Shown: positions 12,225 through 23,589 of the stretch, piece after piece
Numbering within the stretch: the first letter of the stretch is position 1
Layout: each line of letters starts with the position of its first letter
NCBI RefSeq assembly: GCF_001194135.2
Contig: NC_069008.1
Location: forward strand, 11,062,735 to 11,116,442
DNA length: 53,708 bases
Direction of reading: 5' to 3'
Origin: Octopus bimaculoides
Lineage: Eukaryota
The notes under the pieces: generated by a model
Told to the model about the DNA's origin: nothing
Databases searched by the model: none
Seen by the model: only the letters and a program-made list of their open reading frames with translations
Made by a program: the position numbers and the translations under genes

Positions 12225-12950
12225 TTTATCTTGTACTTGTTTCAGTCATTAGACTATGGCCATGCTGGGGCACCACCTTGATGAAATTTAGTTAAACAAA
12301 TTGATCCCAAAACTTTTTTGAAACCTGGTACCTATCTTACTGGTCTCTTCTTCCAAACTTCTAAGTTACAAGGACTGAACCCAGAACCATGTGGTTGAGA
12401 AGTAAGCATCTTATCCCACAGCTACACCTGTACCTATGACAACCGGTGTTAGTGTGTTTACATCCTCATAACTTATAGCCAGTATTTAAAACTAATTCTT
12501 ACCAATCTTATACTCTGTCAGCTACTACAGACAACATTTTGCCTCACAAAATCAATGGAATATTAATTTTTATGTCATTTAGTCAGGTGTAAAGGCAACA
12601 TCTAAAACCATCTACATCACTTTCTTTTTCTTTTTTACTTTTTCTTTCTACTTGTTTCAGACATTAGACTGTAGCCATGCTGGGGCACCACCTTGAGGTA
12701 TTTGTAGTGGAATGAATCAACCCCAGGACTTTTTTTAAAACGTGGTATTTACTCTATTGGCCTGTTTTGCCAAACTGCTAAGTTATGGGGAACATAAAGA
12801 CACCAACACCAGTTGTTAGATGGTGGTGGGGGACAGACACAAGGACACACACACACACACACACGTATATATGATGAGCTTCTTTCAGTTTCCATCTACC
12901 AAATACACTCACAAGGCTTTGGATGGCCTGATGCTATAGTAGAAGACATT
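12225..12950 (-). mobile_element. Two decayed SINE family A copies
   Basis: Repeated ggccatgctggggcaccacc / aaactgctaagttat blocks at about 12230-12470 and 12640-12950. Confidence 0.65.
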
Positions 12951-12982
12951 GTAATGAGTGCTCTTTGCATGCCACCGGCATG

Positions 12983-13051
<69 letters not shown>

Positions 13052-13078
13052 ATATATATATTTTTTTATTTATATTAA

Positions 13079-13417
13079 GGGCATTACTATACATATATGC
13101 CTCATGCTACGAAGGACTCTTAAAGTCAAAACTACCATAATAAACACATTGTACCAAACACGAAGGAATGCAATTTGGTGTTCATCTGGTATGTTGATTT
13201 TTTTGTTCATTTTTATGTCTTGATTATGCCTGTACTGACGATTAAAAAGTGCATTTTGTGCATTAATTATGAAATCATATGATCTGCGACTAAATCTGTT
13301 TTTAAGGAGCTCGCTTTGAGAGATGCATTCTCTCGCGTTTGGTACAATGTGCTTATTATGATAGTTTTGACTTTAAGAATCCCTTGTAGTGTGAGGCCTT
13401 TATGTATAGTAATGCCC
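13079..13417. mobile_element. MITE with about 95 bp TIRs, TTAA-flanked (Kolobok-like ends)
   Basis: TTAA|GGGCATTACTATACAT ... ATGTATAGTAATGCCC|TTAA; arms align through aaacacattgtaccaaac / gtttggtacaatgtgctt. Confidence 0.75.
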
Positions 13418-13538
13418 TTAATATGAATAAATATATTTAAAGAAAATAATTAATAATTTTTCCTTTATGAGGTTTTTCATGCTGACTACTTGATAAATTG
13501 TTATATAGATTTTATCCTATTTTTAAACATGTATATAT

Positions 13539-13569
<31 letters not shown>

Positions 13570-13589
13570 CATATACCCATGTCAGTGGG

Positions 13590-13630
<41 letters not shown>

Positions 13631-13639
13631 TATATGAGG

Positions 13640-13870
13640 GGGATGAGTGTGTGTGTGTGGTTTGTTTTTGTGTGCTTGTTTCTCCCCTGCTTGGCAGCCA
13701 TGTTGGTGTATTCTCATCCCTGTAACTTAACCATTCAGTAAAAGAGACTGATACCCTCAGTGCCAGGCTTTAAACATAAGCACTGAGATCAATCTGGTCA
13801 GTTACACCGTTCAAGGCAGTGCTCCAGCATGGCTGCAGTGTAATGACTAAAACTAATGAAAAATTTAAAA
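13640..13870 (+). mobile_element. SINE family A, 3' half
   Basis: tgtaacttaacc..caaaagagactgata..gctccagcatggctgcagt matches the family tail. Confidence 0.65.
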
Positions 13871-13989
13871 ACAATTATATCACAGATCTGCCTTGAATGG
13901 ATTCAGTCAAATACACCCAAGGACCAGTTGTTAGTGCTGCACCAGTCACAGATTGGGTCTACCACCTAAACAAGCAAGAGTGGGATTTG

Positions 13990-14370
13990 AACTCACAATG
14001 CAAAAGAGCTGGAACAAATACCACAGTACGTCTTTTCTGACACTAACAATTCCACCAGTCCATTGCCAACACAACTGTTATAATACCTACCCCAGTTATA
14101 TGAAAAGTAATGCTGGTCATAGCAGGATTTGAACTCAGAATGCAAACCAGAATAAATATTAGTTTTGAATGTTTTACTCAAGGTCAGCAAGTTAGGGATA
14201 AGCTAAGTTGATTACATTGATCCCAGTGTTCAACTGGTACTTATTGACCCCAAAAGGATGAAAGGTAAAGTCGACCTCATTGGAATTTGAACTCGGAACC
14301 TAAAGTCAGACAAAATGCCTCTAAGCATTTTGCTTGGCATGCTAACAATTCTGCCAATTTCGCTGCCTTA
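13990..14370 (-). mobile_element. SINE family B copies (reverse)
   Basis: ggaatttgaactc B-box (reverse), aaaggatgaaaggtaaagtcgacctc central domain; same family as 44678-46520. Confidence 0.65.
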
Positions 14371-14951
14371 AGCCAGAATTTATTTTACAAGGCATTTCAT
14401 CCAATGTTGTGAAAATTAATTAGCTGTTTCTGATAGGCATTAATTGGTTTCCACAATGAATAATGAAGTTCTGTAATCAACAAAATTTCCCTACCCCTTT
14501 GTATTATTGTGGAAATGGCTGAGTGCTCCAATTTCTGGGATTAACACAGATTTCAGGCAGAATTAATATGACTTAAGAACATGCCATAGGTGGCTTTTTG
14601 AATTTCAAATAGCACATTAACCAACAAGATTCTTTCTTATACACTTTACATCATATGAATAAGCATATGTATATACATGCATGTATGTATATGTGCTTAT
14701 AAACATTCATATATATGTTATATATATGTATTTAAATCACACACACACACACACACACATACACACACATATATGTATAAGTCCAAGAAAGTTAGGGGTT
14801 GTGAATCCGACCCACTAAGGGATAATATCTATCCAATATACTGCTGGAAGAATACACAATTATTATTACGCTAGTGTTTTTTCATTGCATGCCAATTACA
14901 TTACCAAGTGCAATAAATGGGTACGGGTATAATGTAGTTTTACCATTAATT

Positions 14952-15253
14952 TATATAGCAATAAGAAAATGGAGGGGGTTAATAGGTGGTATTCATCAAC
15001 TTGCAGACATTGCATTGTATCAATATAATTGTTTATTTGTTTACTAAAAGGACAATAAAAACAATATACAAACACATGTGACATTATGTCGTATCAGTAA
15101 TTATAAAAATGACATATAATGATAGAAATGTCACATGTGTTTGTATATTGTTATTATTGTCCTTTTAGTAAACAAATCAACAAGTAAATTGACACAATAC
15201 AATGTCTGCAAGTTGATGAATGCCACCTATGAATTCCCTCCATTTTCTTATTG

Positions 15254-15260
<7 letters not shown>
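14952..15260. mobile_element. Fold-back/MITE with about 135 bp inverted arms
   Basis: tatatagcaataagaaaatggagg...acacatgtgacatt mirrored by aatgtcacatgtgt...ctccattttcttattgctatata; TA flanks. Confidence 0.75.
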
Positions 15261-15286
<26 letters not shown>

Positions 15287-15299
15287 TGTATGCATATAT

Positions 15300-16368
15300 C
15301 ATATCATCATCATTGTCATTTAACGTCACCAATGTTGACATAGGTTGGACAGTTTGACTGAGGGCTGACAAGCCAGATAGCTGCACCAGGCTCCAATTTG
15401 ATCTGGCAAAGTTTCTACAGCTGGATGCCCTTCCTAACGCCAACCACTCCGAGAGTGTAGTGAGTGCTTTTTATGTGCTACCAGCACCAGTGCCAGTCAG
15501 GTGGTACTGGCATCGACCATGCTTGAATTGTACTTTTTATATGCCACCGGCATGGGAGCCAGTCAAGTGGGACTGGCAATGATCATGCTCGAATGGTGCT
15601 TTTTATATGCCACCAGCACGGGTGCCAATCAGGCGGAACTGTCATCAGCCATGACAATGATTTCACTTGCCTCAACAGGTCTTCTCAAGCACAGTTTATT
15701 GCCCAATGATTGAAGGGTACTCTTAAATGGGCCCGTTATACTGCACTGGCATAAGCCATGATTACAGCCTCACTTGGCTTGCCAGGTCTTCTCAAGCACA
15801 GCATATCTCCAAAGGTCTTGGTCATTTGTCATCGCCTCCGTGAGGCCCAAAATTCGAAGGTCGTACTTCACCACCTCATCTCAGGTCTTCCTGGGTCTGC
15901 TTCTTCCACAGATTCCTTGTACTGCTGGGGTGTGTCACTTTTTCACACAGCTGTCCTCATCCATATGCAACACATGATCATACCAGTGCAGTCATCTCAT
16001 CACATCTGATGCTTCTTATGTCCAACTTTTCTCTCAGAGTGCTTATACTCTGTTGTGTATGCACACTGACATTACACATCCAGCAGAGCATACTAGCTTC
16101 ATTACCTGCAAGCTTACGCATGTCCTCATCAGTCATGGCCCATGTTTCACTGCTATGTAGCATAGCTGTTTGCACACATGCCTCATACAATTTACCTTTT
16201 ACTCTGAGCGAGAGGCCTTTTCTCACCAACAGAGGTAGGAGATCTCTGAACTTTGCGCAAGCTATTCTTATTCTAGCAGCTACACTCTAAGAACATCCAT
16301 CCCCACTACTGATTTGGTCACCTAAGTAACGGAAGCTATCAGCTACTTCTAGTTTTTCCAGCTGGCAT

Positions 16369-16370
<2 letters not shown>
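15300..16370 (-). mobile_element. RTE-clade LINE 3' fragment (RT C-terminus plus 3' UTR)
   Basis: KGLSLRVKGKLYEACVQTAMLHSSETW..LREKLDIRSIRC (ORF track) continuing toward a GRPRKT-type motif, then UTR and (gat)n tail. Confidence 0.85.
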
Positions 16371-16438
<68 letters not shown>

Positions 16439-16442
<4 letters not shown>

Positions 16443-16847
16443 GTCGAATTAAGTTGAAGGTACTTAAGTTGATGCACCAAGTCAGTCTGGTATTATCCGC
16501 ACAACTCAAAGTAAGGTGAATAAAATCAAAATGAGCAACAGGATATCAAGTCGTAATGCAGTATGACTATTTCAAGCAGCTCCATTTAATTGAACAATGC
16601 AATCATTACATCAATTTAAAGGCAATGCTATCTTCAGCTGCACAAATAAATAAATGGAATTTTAACATGTAGGACACATTATAATATAATTTTTCTTAAA
16701 TATTTTAACAGAGTAAGAAGATGCATTTAAATTGATGTAATGATTACATTGTTCAATTAAATGGAGATGCTTGAAATGGTTGCACTGCATTACTAAGACA
16801 GACTTGGTACTTCAACACTTCAACTTAAGTGCCTAATTCAACTGAAT
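16439..16847. repeat. Fold-back of two hammerhead-bearing repeat copies
   Basis: 16555-16620 is the reverse complement of 16726-16792; outer arms (cagtcgaatt..caccaagtcagtct / agacagacttggtac..attcaactga) also mirror. Confidence 0.75.
16557..16642 (-). ncRNA. Type I hammerhead ribozyme-like motif, long stem II (copy A)
   Basis: UGCAG-CUGAAGA-UAGC..57 nt domain..GCUU-GAAA-U-AGUC-AUA-CUGCA; stems I and III pair. Confidence 0.6.
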
Positions 16848-16874
16848 CTTAATTACTTCTTATGCACACACACA

Positions 16875-16917
<43 letters not shown>

Positions 16918-17084
16918 TAAATATGTAGGGGTCAGCATGAGTTGCTTCACCAACATACTGAAAATTTAGAAATAGCAGTCAAAGAACTACTAATTCCAAA
17001 CTAATTCCCTGCCCTATATCTGTATATATATATATATATATATGATTTTATATATGTGTGCGTGTGTGTAATTAAGATTCAGTT

Positions 17085-17200
17085 GAAGCACCAAGTCAGT
17101 CTGGTATTATCCACACAGCTCAAAGTAAGGTGAATGAAATCAAAATAAGCAACAGGATATCAAGAGGTGATGCAGTACGGCCGTTTCAAGCTGCTCATTT
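17085..17200 (-). repeat. Partial hammerhead-repeat copy (3' half only, copy F)
   Basis: Shares about 100 bp with 16470-16580; minus strand GCUU-GAAAC-GGCC-GUA-CUGCA; CUGANGA half absent. Confidence 0.6.
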
Positions 17201-17369
17201 TAATTGCCCAATGCAATGCAAATGATCTTACGGTTTATAGTTCTGCGATGCAAATGATTTATGGTTTGTAATACTAACTTCAGTAAACCTGCCAGTCACC
17301 TATTCACCTACTGATTTGGTGGACACACTAGTCTAATTGATTACATCTTTGCCAGGAAATGGGAATGAT

Positions 17370-17950
17370 GGTTACTCATAAATGCCAAAAGCTTCCCAGG
17401 TGAAGAATGCACCCAACGACATAGAATAGTAGTTAGTGGCTTCAGGATCAGGGCTAAATGGATGTCCAGAAGACGACCAGCATGGTGAAGAAGTGTCTGG
17501 AAGCTTAAGGATCCTGCAAATGGACAGAGATTTAGAGACAGAGGGGGATATATCTTCACATGATGTGGGAAACAACTGGAGGTTCCTATAGGACAGCCTG
17601 TTGAGGGCTACCGACCAGGTATGTGGATGGTGCAACGTCCCCTTTCAACCCAGAGTAACATGGTGGTGGAACAATGTAGTTGACAGGGCCATTAAGGAAA
17701 AGAAACGGGTATGGAAGAATGGTGGCAGCAGGGAATTGTATCAGAATGCCAGAAGGGAAGCTAGCCAGAGGAGAAGCAGATGAGAAAAAATTTGCCAATG
17801 TTCTGCGTTGGGAGGACCAAAGACTTGAAGTGTTTCGTGTTGCAAGACAGTGTGTGTGAGAGAATCGTGATGTCAAAAGAGAGAAATGTGTTCGCATGGA
17901 TGATGGCTCACTTGTATTTAATGAGGCTGCAATGAGAGAGACTTGGAGAC
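17370..17950 (+). mobile_element. RTE-clade LINE internal fragment (EN-RT linker)
   Basis: TWWWNNVVDRAIKEKKRVWK..SRELYQNARREA..VFRVARQ..ENRDV..EKCVRMDDGSL. Confidence 0.7.
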
Positions 17951-18613
17951 TTAATCCTATTTGATGATTACACCATTCTTTCCTTCTATGAATTTCTACC
18001 CCATCAGTCAAATTATGTATATTTGTAATGACTTTGAGACAGCTCCCCTAAGAACTATATAATCATACATATAATAGCACCTGTAATATTATAACTTATA
18101 AAACCACTTTGGTAAGAATACCTTAAACTGTCCTCATTACTTCCATACCTATTACTCTTTTTAGCTTACCTTTATCTTTCTTGCCTTTAATCTTTAATCC
18201 CCTGCCTCTTTATATGTATTTCTTATTATTTTCTATAAATTCTTATTTTTTGAGTTTTTACTTTGGTATGTTTACCCTATTAATCTCTTATCCTTTATAT
18301 TGTTAAATTTTGTAATTTTGCATTTCTATTTGCCTTTGCTTATACTGATATAGCAGTCTATGAATCGTTGAGCATGTTGCATCTCATCCCTGCATGCATG
18401 CAGGTTAAGATGTGGCTCAGTATGGTCATTTTTCATGTTCTTAAATTGATATTTTCAGCTACTTATGTTTATGCCGAAATAATTATACTATATTCTTTTA
18501 TATAGATGTGTATAAGTATATATAATATATATACATATATATATAATATTAGGATAAAAACTTTATAAAATTCTTATGCATATATGTATGTGTGTGTATA
18601 TATATATATATAC

Positions 18614-18646
<33 letters not shown>

Positions 18647-19397
18647 TGTGTGTATATATAAACCCATTTTTGCATATGTATTTGTGTGCATTATTTTTTA
18701 TACTATTGCACCTACTTACAACAGTAAACACTTTCTCTTGTATATTTATATTTAATTATGTCTATTTATTATCTTCTGATTCATTACTTTCCATCAGAAG
18801 ATAGTATGTGTTTCTTTTCACATATTGCATATGTAAGTGGTGTTTGAGTGGTCTTTATAGAGACCTCCTAACCGTTAATAGAGTGAAGATGAGGTCTCAA
18901 ATTGATTCTACATAATAGTAATCTCCCTTTTAATGTTTAACATTGATCCATATACACCTTTTAGTTTACTTGGTTTTGATACCAATTTTCAAAATTTTTT
19001 TAATATTCTTATACAACATAATAATGTTGTTTATAAGCGTTCTCCCACTGAGCCCCTAATATTTTTTCTGAATCTCATTATCGCATCCTAAGTTTCATAG
19101 TGTTTGCCCCTTTAACTGGTAACAACATCATGAATTAATGTTACACCTAACCTAACCTCTAAAGTTTTGTTTCTTTTTCTTGTGGGTGGCGGCTACCTTT
19201 GAAAATATTTATGACCAATAGTCAGCCATGAGTTGTCAACTCCCTTTTGCTCTTTATTCCAAATATACACAATCTTCTACTCTCAGATTTTAGTTTAATA
19301 ATAAAGAAATAGATAATATTTGGAAATGAATTTAACCCTGTTAAAATATTTAAGAAAATTTATATTAATGTATCTTGTCTGTTGAAATTCTATATCT

Positions 19398-19486
19398 ATG
19401 CAGCTGAAGATAGTGGTGTATTTAAAATTGATGTAATGATTGTATTGTTCAATTAAATGTAGCTGCTTGAAATGGTCGTACTGCAT
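19398..19486 (+). ncRNA. Type I hammerhead ribozyme-like motif, long stem II (copy C)
   Basis: ATGCAG-CTGAAGA(19404-19410)-TAGT...GCTT-GAAA(19469-19472)-T-GGTC-GTA-CTGCAT; 6 bp stem I. Confidence 0.65.
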
Positions 19487-19533
19487 TACTACTTGAAATC
19501 TTGTTACTTATTTTGATTTTATATATATATGTA

Positions 19534-19581
<48 letters not shown>

Positions 19582-19611
19582 CAAAAAAGCAACACGGATT
19601 TTAAAGGTTAT

Positions 19612-19699
19612 TGCAGTACACACATTTCATGCTACTCCATTTATTTAAGTAATGCGAGCATTAAATTAAATGCAAAATGCAGAGCAATCTTCAGCTGCA
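19612..19699 (-). ncRNA. Type I hammerhead ribozyme-like motif, long stem II (copy D)
   Basis: UGCAG-CUGAAGA-UUGC...GCAU-GAAA-U-GUGU-GUA-CUGCA. Confidence 0.6.
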
Positions 19700-20058
19700 C
19701 AAGAATATAGAAAATTACAGCAGAATGGACATATTACTATTGTGGCAACATTTAAAATCTAAGTGGGAAGAAGAATACATAAAAATCCATCTTGACATAG
19801 CCAAGGCTAGTAGGCTAGTAATTAATTCTAGGTAGAATTCTGTCTCTGATTTTATTTGTCTCTTATCTAGTGATTTAAAGTTTAAGGGGGCAATAAACCT
19901 TTCACTTTTAAGAAAAGGGAAGGTGTAAGCATTATACATAAATATGGTTATAAAGATTTCTCTGGTCAGAGTGGCAAAACACAATTTTAGGTTGGGGTTT
20001 TATATACATATATACATATATATACATATATATGCATATATATGCATATATATACATA

Positions 20059-20132
<74 letters not shown>

Positions 20133-21404
20133 NNNNNNNNNNNNNNNNNNNNNNNNNNNNNNNNNNNNNNNNNNNNNNNNNNNNNNNNNNNNNNNNNNNN
20201 NNNNNNNNNNNNNNNNNNNNNNNNNNNNNNNNNNNNNNNNNNNNNNNNNNNNNNNNNNNNNNNNNNNNNNNNNNNNNNNNNNNNNNNNNNNNNNNNNNNN
20301 NNNNNNNNNNNNNNNNNNNNNNNNNNNNNNNNNNNNNNNNNNNNNNNNNNNNNNNNNNNNNNNNNNNNNNNNNNNNNNNNNNNNNNNNNNNNNNNNNNNN
20401 NNNNNNNNNNNNNNNNNNNNNNNNNNNNNNNNNNNNNNNNNNNNNNNNNNNNNNNNNNNNNNNNNNNNNNNNNNNNNNNNNNNNNNNNNNNNNNNNNNNN
20501 NNNNNNNNNNNNNNNNNNNNNNNNNNNNNNNNNNNNNNNNNNNNNNNNNNNNNNNNNNNNNNNNNNNNNNNNNNNNNNNNNNNNNNNNNNNNNNNNNNNN
20601 NNNNNNNNNNNNNNNNNNNNNNNNNNNNNNNNNNNNNNNNNNNNNNNNNNNNNNNNNNNNNNNNNNNNNNNNNNNNNNNNNNNNNNNNNNNNNNNNNNNN
20701 NNNNNNNNNNNNNNNNNNNNNNNNNNNNNNNNNNNNNNNNNNNNNNNNNNNNNNNNNNNNNNNNNNNNNNNNNNNNNTATATATATATATATATATACAC
20801 ATGCAAATATATGTGTGTGTTTGTGTGTGTGCATATGTATGTACATATAAGTATACATATATGTGTGTGCGTGTGCATATATATATATATAGATAGATAG
20901 ATAGATAGATAGATATATACACACAGGGGTGTCATTAAACAGGTCATCATTGTGTGTGTGCATGTATGTGTATATATGTACACCCCCCCACACACACATG
21001 CACACCCCATCACATCAAGTCATATATGATCACTGAATTGATAAATATTCAGCATTTAAGTATTCTTATCCACAATTGTGCAATATTTCAATACTAACTG
21101 AATTTTCTTTTTTGTTGTACAGCAGCTTAAATCTTAATCTAACAACAATGGAGTGTATGGTTATAAAAAACTCTTACATCTTTCTTTTTATTTTGCACAC
21201 TGTAATAAATTTCAATGAAATATCATTGGAGATTTAATAGAATTTTATTGGCAATGTTTCTCTTTGAACAAAATGATGAAATACCTGTTACATATGTATC
21301 AATGAATGTATGTCTTTGTGTGTTAACTGTGGGTAGATGTTTTGTATGTATTCATAAATATATGTAGATGTGTGTGTGCATGTGTATGTGTGTATTACAC
21401 ACGT

Positions 21405-21640
21405 TTATATATACATATTTTAGTCATTTGACTGTGGCCATGTTGGAGCACCAACTTTAATCGAACAAATCAACCCCAGAACTTATTCTTTGTAAGCCTA
21501 GTACTTATTCTATCGGTCTCTTTTGCCAAACTACTAAGTTACAGGGACGTAAGCACATCAATATCGGTTGTCAAGCAGTGGAGGGGGGACAAACACACCC
21601 ACAAATATATACATACATGCATATATATATATATATATAT
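21405..21640 (-). mobile_element. SINE family A, 3' half
   Basis: agtcatttgactgtggccatgttggagcacc...ttgtcaagc reverse match; runs into a gap. Confidence 0.7.
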
Positions 21641-22637
21641 ATNNNNNNNNNNNNNNNNNNNNNNNNNNNNNNNNNNNNNNNNNNNNNNNNNNNNNNNNNN
21701 NNNNNNNNNNNNNNNNNNNNNNNNNNNNNNNNNNNNNNNNNNNNNNNNNNNNNNNNNNNNNNNNNNNNNNNNNNNNNNNNNNNNNNNNNNNNNNNNNNNN
21801 NNNNNNNNNNNNNNNNNNNNNNNNNNNNNNNNNNNNNNNNNNNNNNNNNNNNNNNNNNNNNNNNNNNNNNNNNNNNNNNNNNNNNNNNNNNNNNNNNNNN
21901 NNNNNNNNNNNNNNNNNNNNNNNNNNNNNNNNNNNNNNNNNNNNNNNNNNNNNNNNNNNNNNNNNNNNNNNNNNNNNNNNNNNNNNNNNNNNNNNNNNNN
22001 NNNNNNNNNNNNNNNNNNNNNNNNNNNNNNNNNNNNNNNNNNNNNNNNNNNNNNNNNNNNNNNNNNNNNNNNNNNNNNNNNNNNNNNNNNNNNNNNNNNN
22101 NNNNNNNNNNNNNNNNNNNNNNNNNNNNNNNNNNNNNNNNNNNNNNNNNNNNNNNNNNNNNNNNNNNNNNNNNNNNNNNNNNNNNNNNNNNNNNNNNNNN
22201 NNNNNNNNNNNNNNNNNNNNNNNNNNNNNNNNNNNNNNNNNNNNNNNNNNNNNNNNNNNNNNNNNNNNNNNNNNNNNNNNNNNNNNNNNNNNNNNNNNNN
22301 NNNNNNNNNNNNNNNNNNNNNNNNNNNNNNNNNNNNNNNNNNNNNNNNNNNNNNNNNNNNNNNNNNNNNNNNNNNNNNNNNNNNNNNNNNNNNNNNNNNN
22401 NNNNNNNNNNNNNNNNNNNNNNNNNNNNNNNNNNNNNNNNNNNNNNNNNNNNNNNNNNNNNNNNNNNNNNNNNNNNNNNNNNNNNNNNNNNNNNNNNNNN
22501 NNNNNNNNNNNNNNNNNNNNNNNNNNNNNNNNNNNNNNNNNNNNNNNNNNNNNNNNNNNNNNNNNNNNNNNNNNNNNNNNNNNNNNNNNNNNNNNNNNNN
22601 NNNNNNNNNNNNNNNNNNNNNNNNNNNNNNNNNNNNN

Positions 22638-22683
<46 letters not shown>

Positions 22684-22789
22684 CAAGATATATAAATCAT
22701 CTTGCTGCCAAAATAATTGCTGATTTTAACCATTAAATCTAAAGCAGTATATCTCAGCACAGAATATAATTTCATTAATCTAAATAATA

Positions 22790-23090
22790 ACTATTTCAAT
22801 CTTACATATTTTTACCAATAAGAAATGCATCTATTTATTCTGATTGCATAGAATTCTGGATTTTTGGAACAAATGAATTTTCCAAAGGTGCTTTGAACTG
22901 CTGCTGCAGCTACTAGATCATTTTTGAAGATATTCTTTTGCAGGAAGTTATCAAGGTTTTTGCAAAGAGGTAGTCAGTTAGAGATAGGTTTGGAGAATAA
23001 ATTGGTAGAGACAGGGTTTCATATCCAATGTCATTCAGTTTCTGCAGAATGATTTATAAGACATGTTGTAAGAGGTTTTCATTCATTTGT
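22790..23090 (-). mobile_element. Mariner transposase C-terminal relic
   Basis: LQKLNDIGYETL..PIYSPNLSLTDYLF..LDNFLQKNIFKN..NPEFY resembles the mariner YSPDLAP.DY region. Confidence 0.7.
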
Positions 23091-23589
23091 TTTAATGTAT
23101 TTTTTTTCCATGCTAGTATGGATTAAGCAGATATACTTTTAAGGTACTGTTCTCCTGCCAGATATCCTTGCTTTCATTAATATTTGTTTTTCAAGTAGCA
23201 GATCTTTTATTCCATAGGTCTTCAAAGGCATGAATAGGTTGCTGACAGGGGGAAAAAGCAACAATATCACTGTTTGTAGCTCAGTGGTTTTTAGGGAAGC
23301 AGTAAGCAGCGAAACATACACACATGCAGGCTCATGCACATGCAGGCTCATGCACATGCGTATGTATGTACATACGTAGTACGTGCATATATATACACAT
23401 TCATCCATATATGCATGCATACATATATACATACATATATGCATTCATGCATAAATACATACATACATAGATGCATACATACATGCATACATACATGCAT
23501 ACATGCATTCATGCATACATACACGCATGCATGCATGCATACATACATACATACATACATACATACATACATACATACATAATTGATAC

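Noticed and set aside
19715-19984. 89 aa ORF upstream of hammerhead copy D as a Penelope GIY-YIG end
   Set aside because: No recognisable GIY-YIG or RT motif by eye; needs a profile search.
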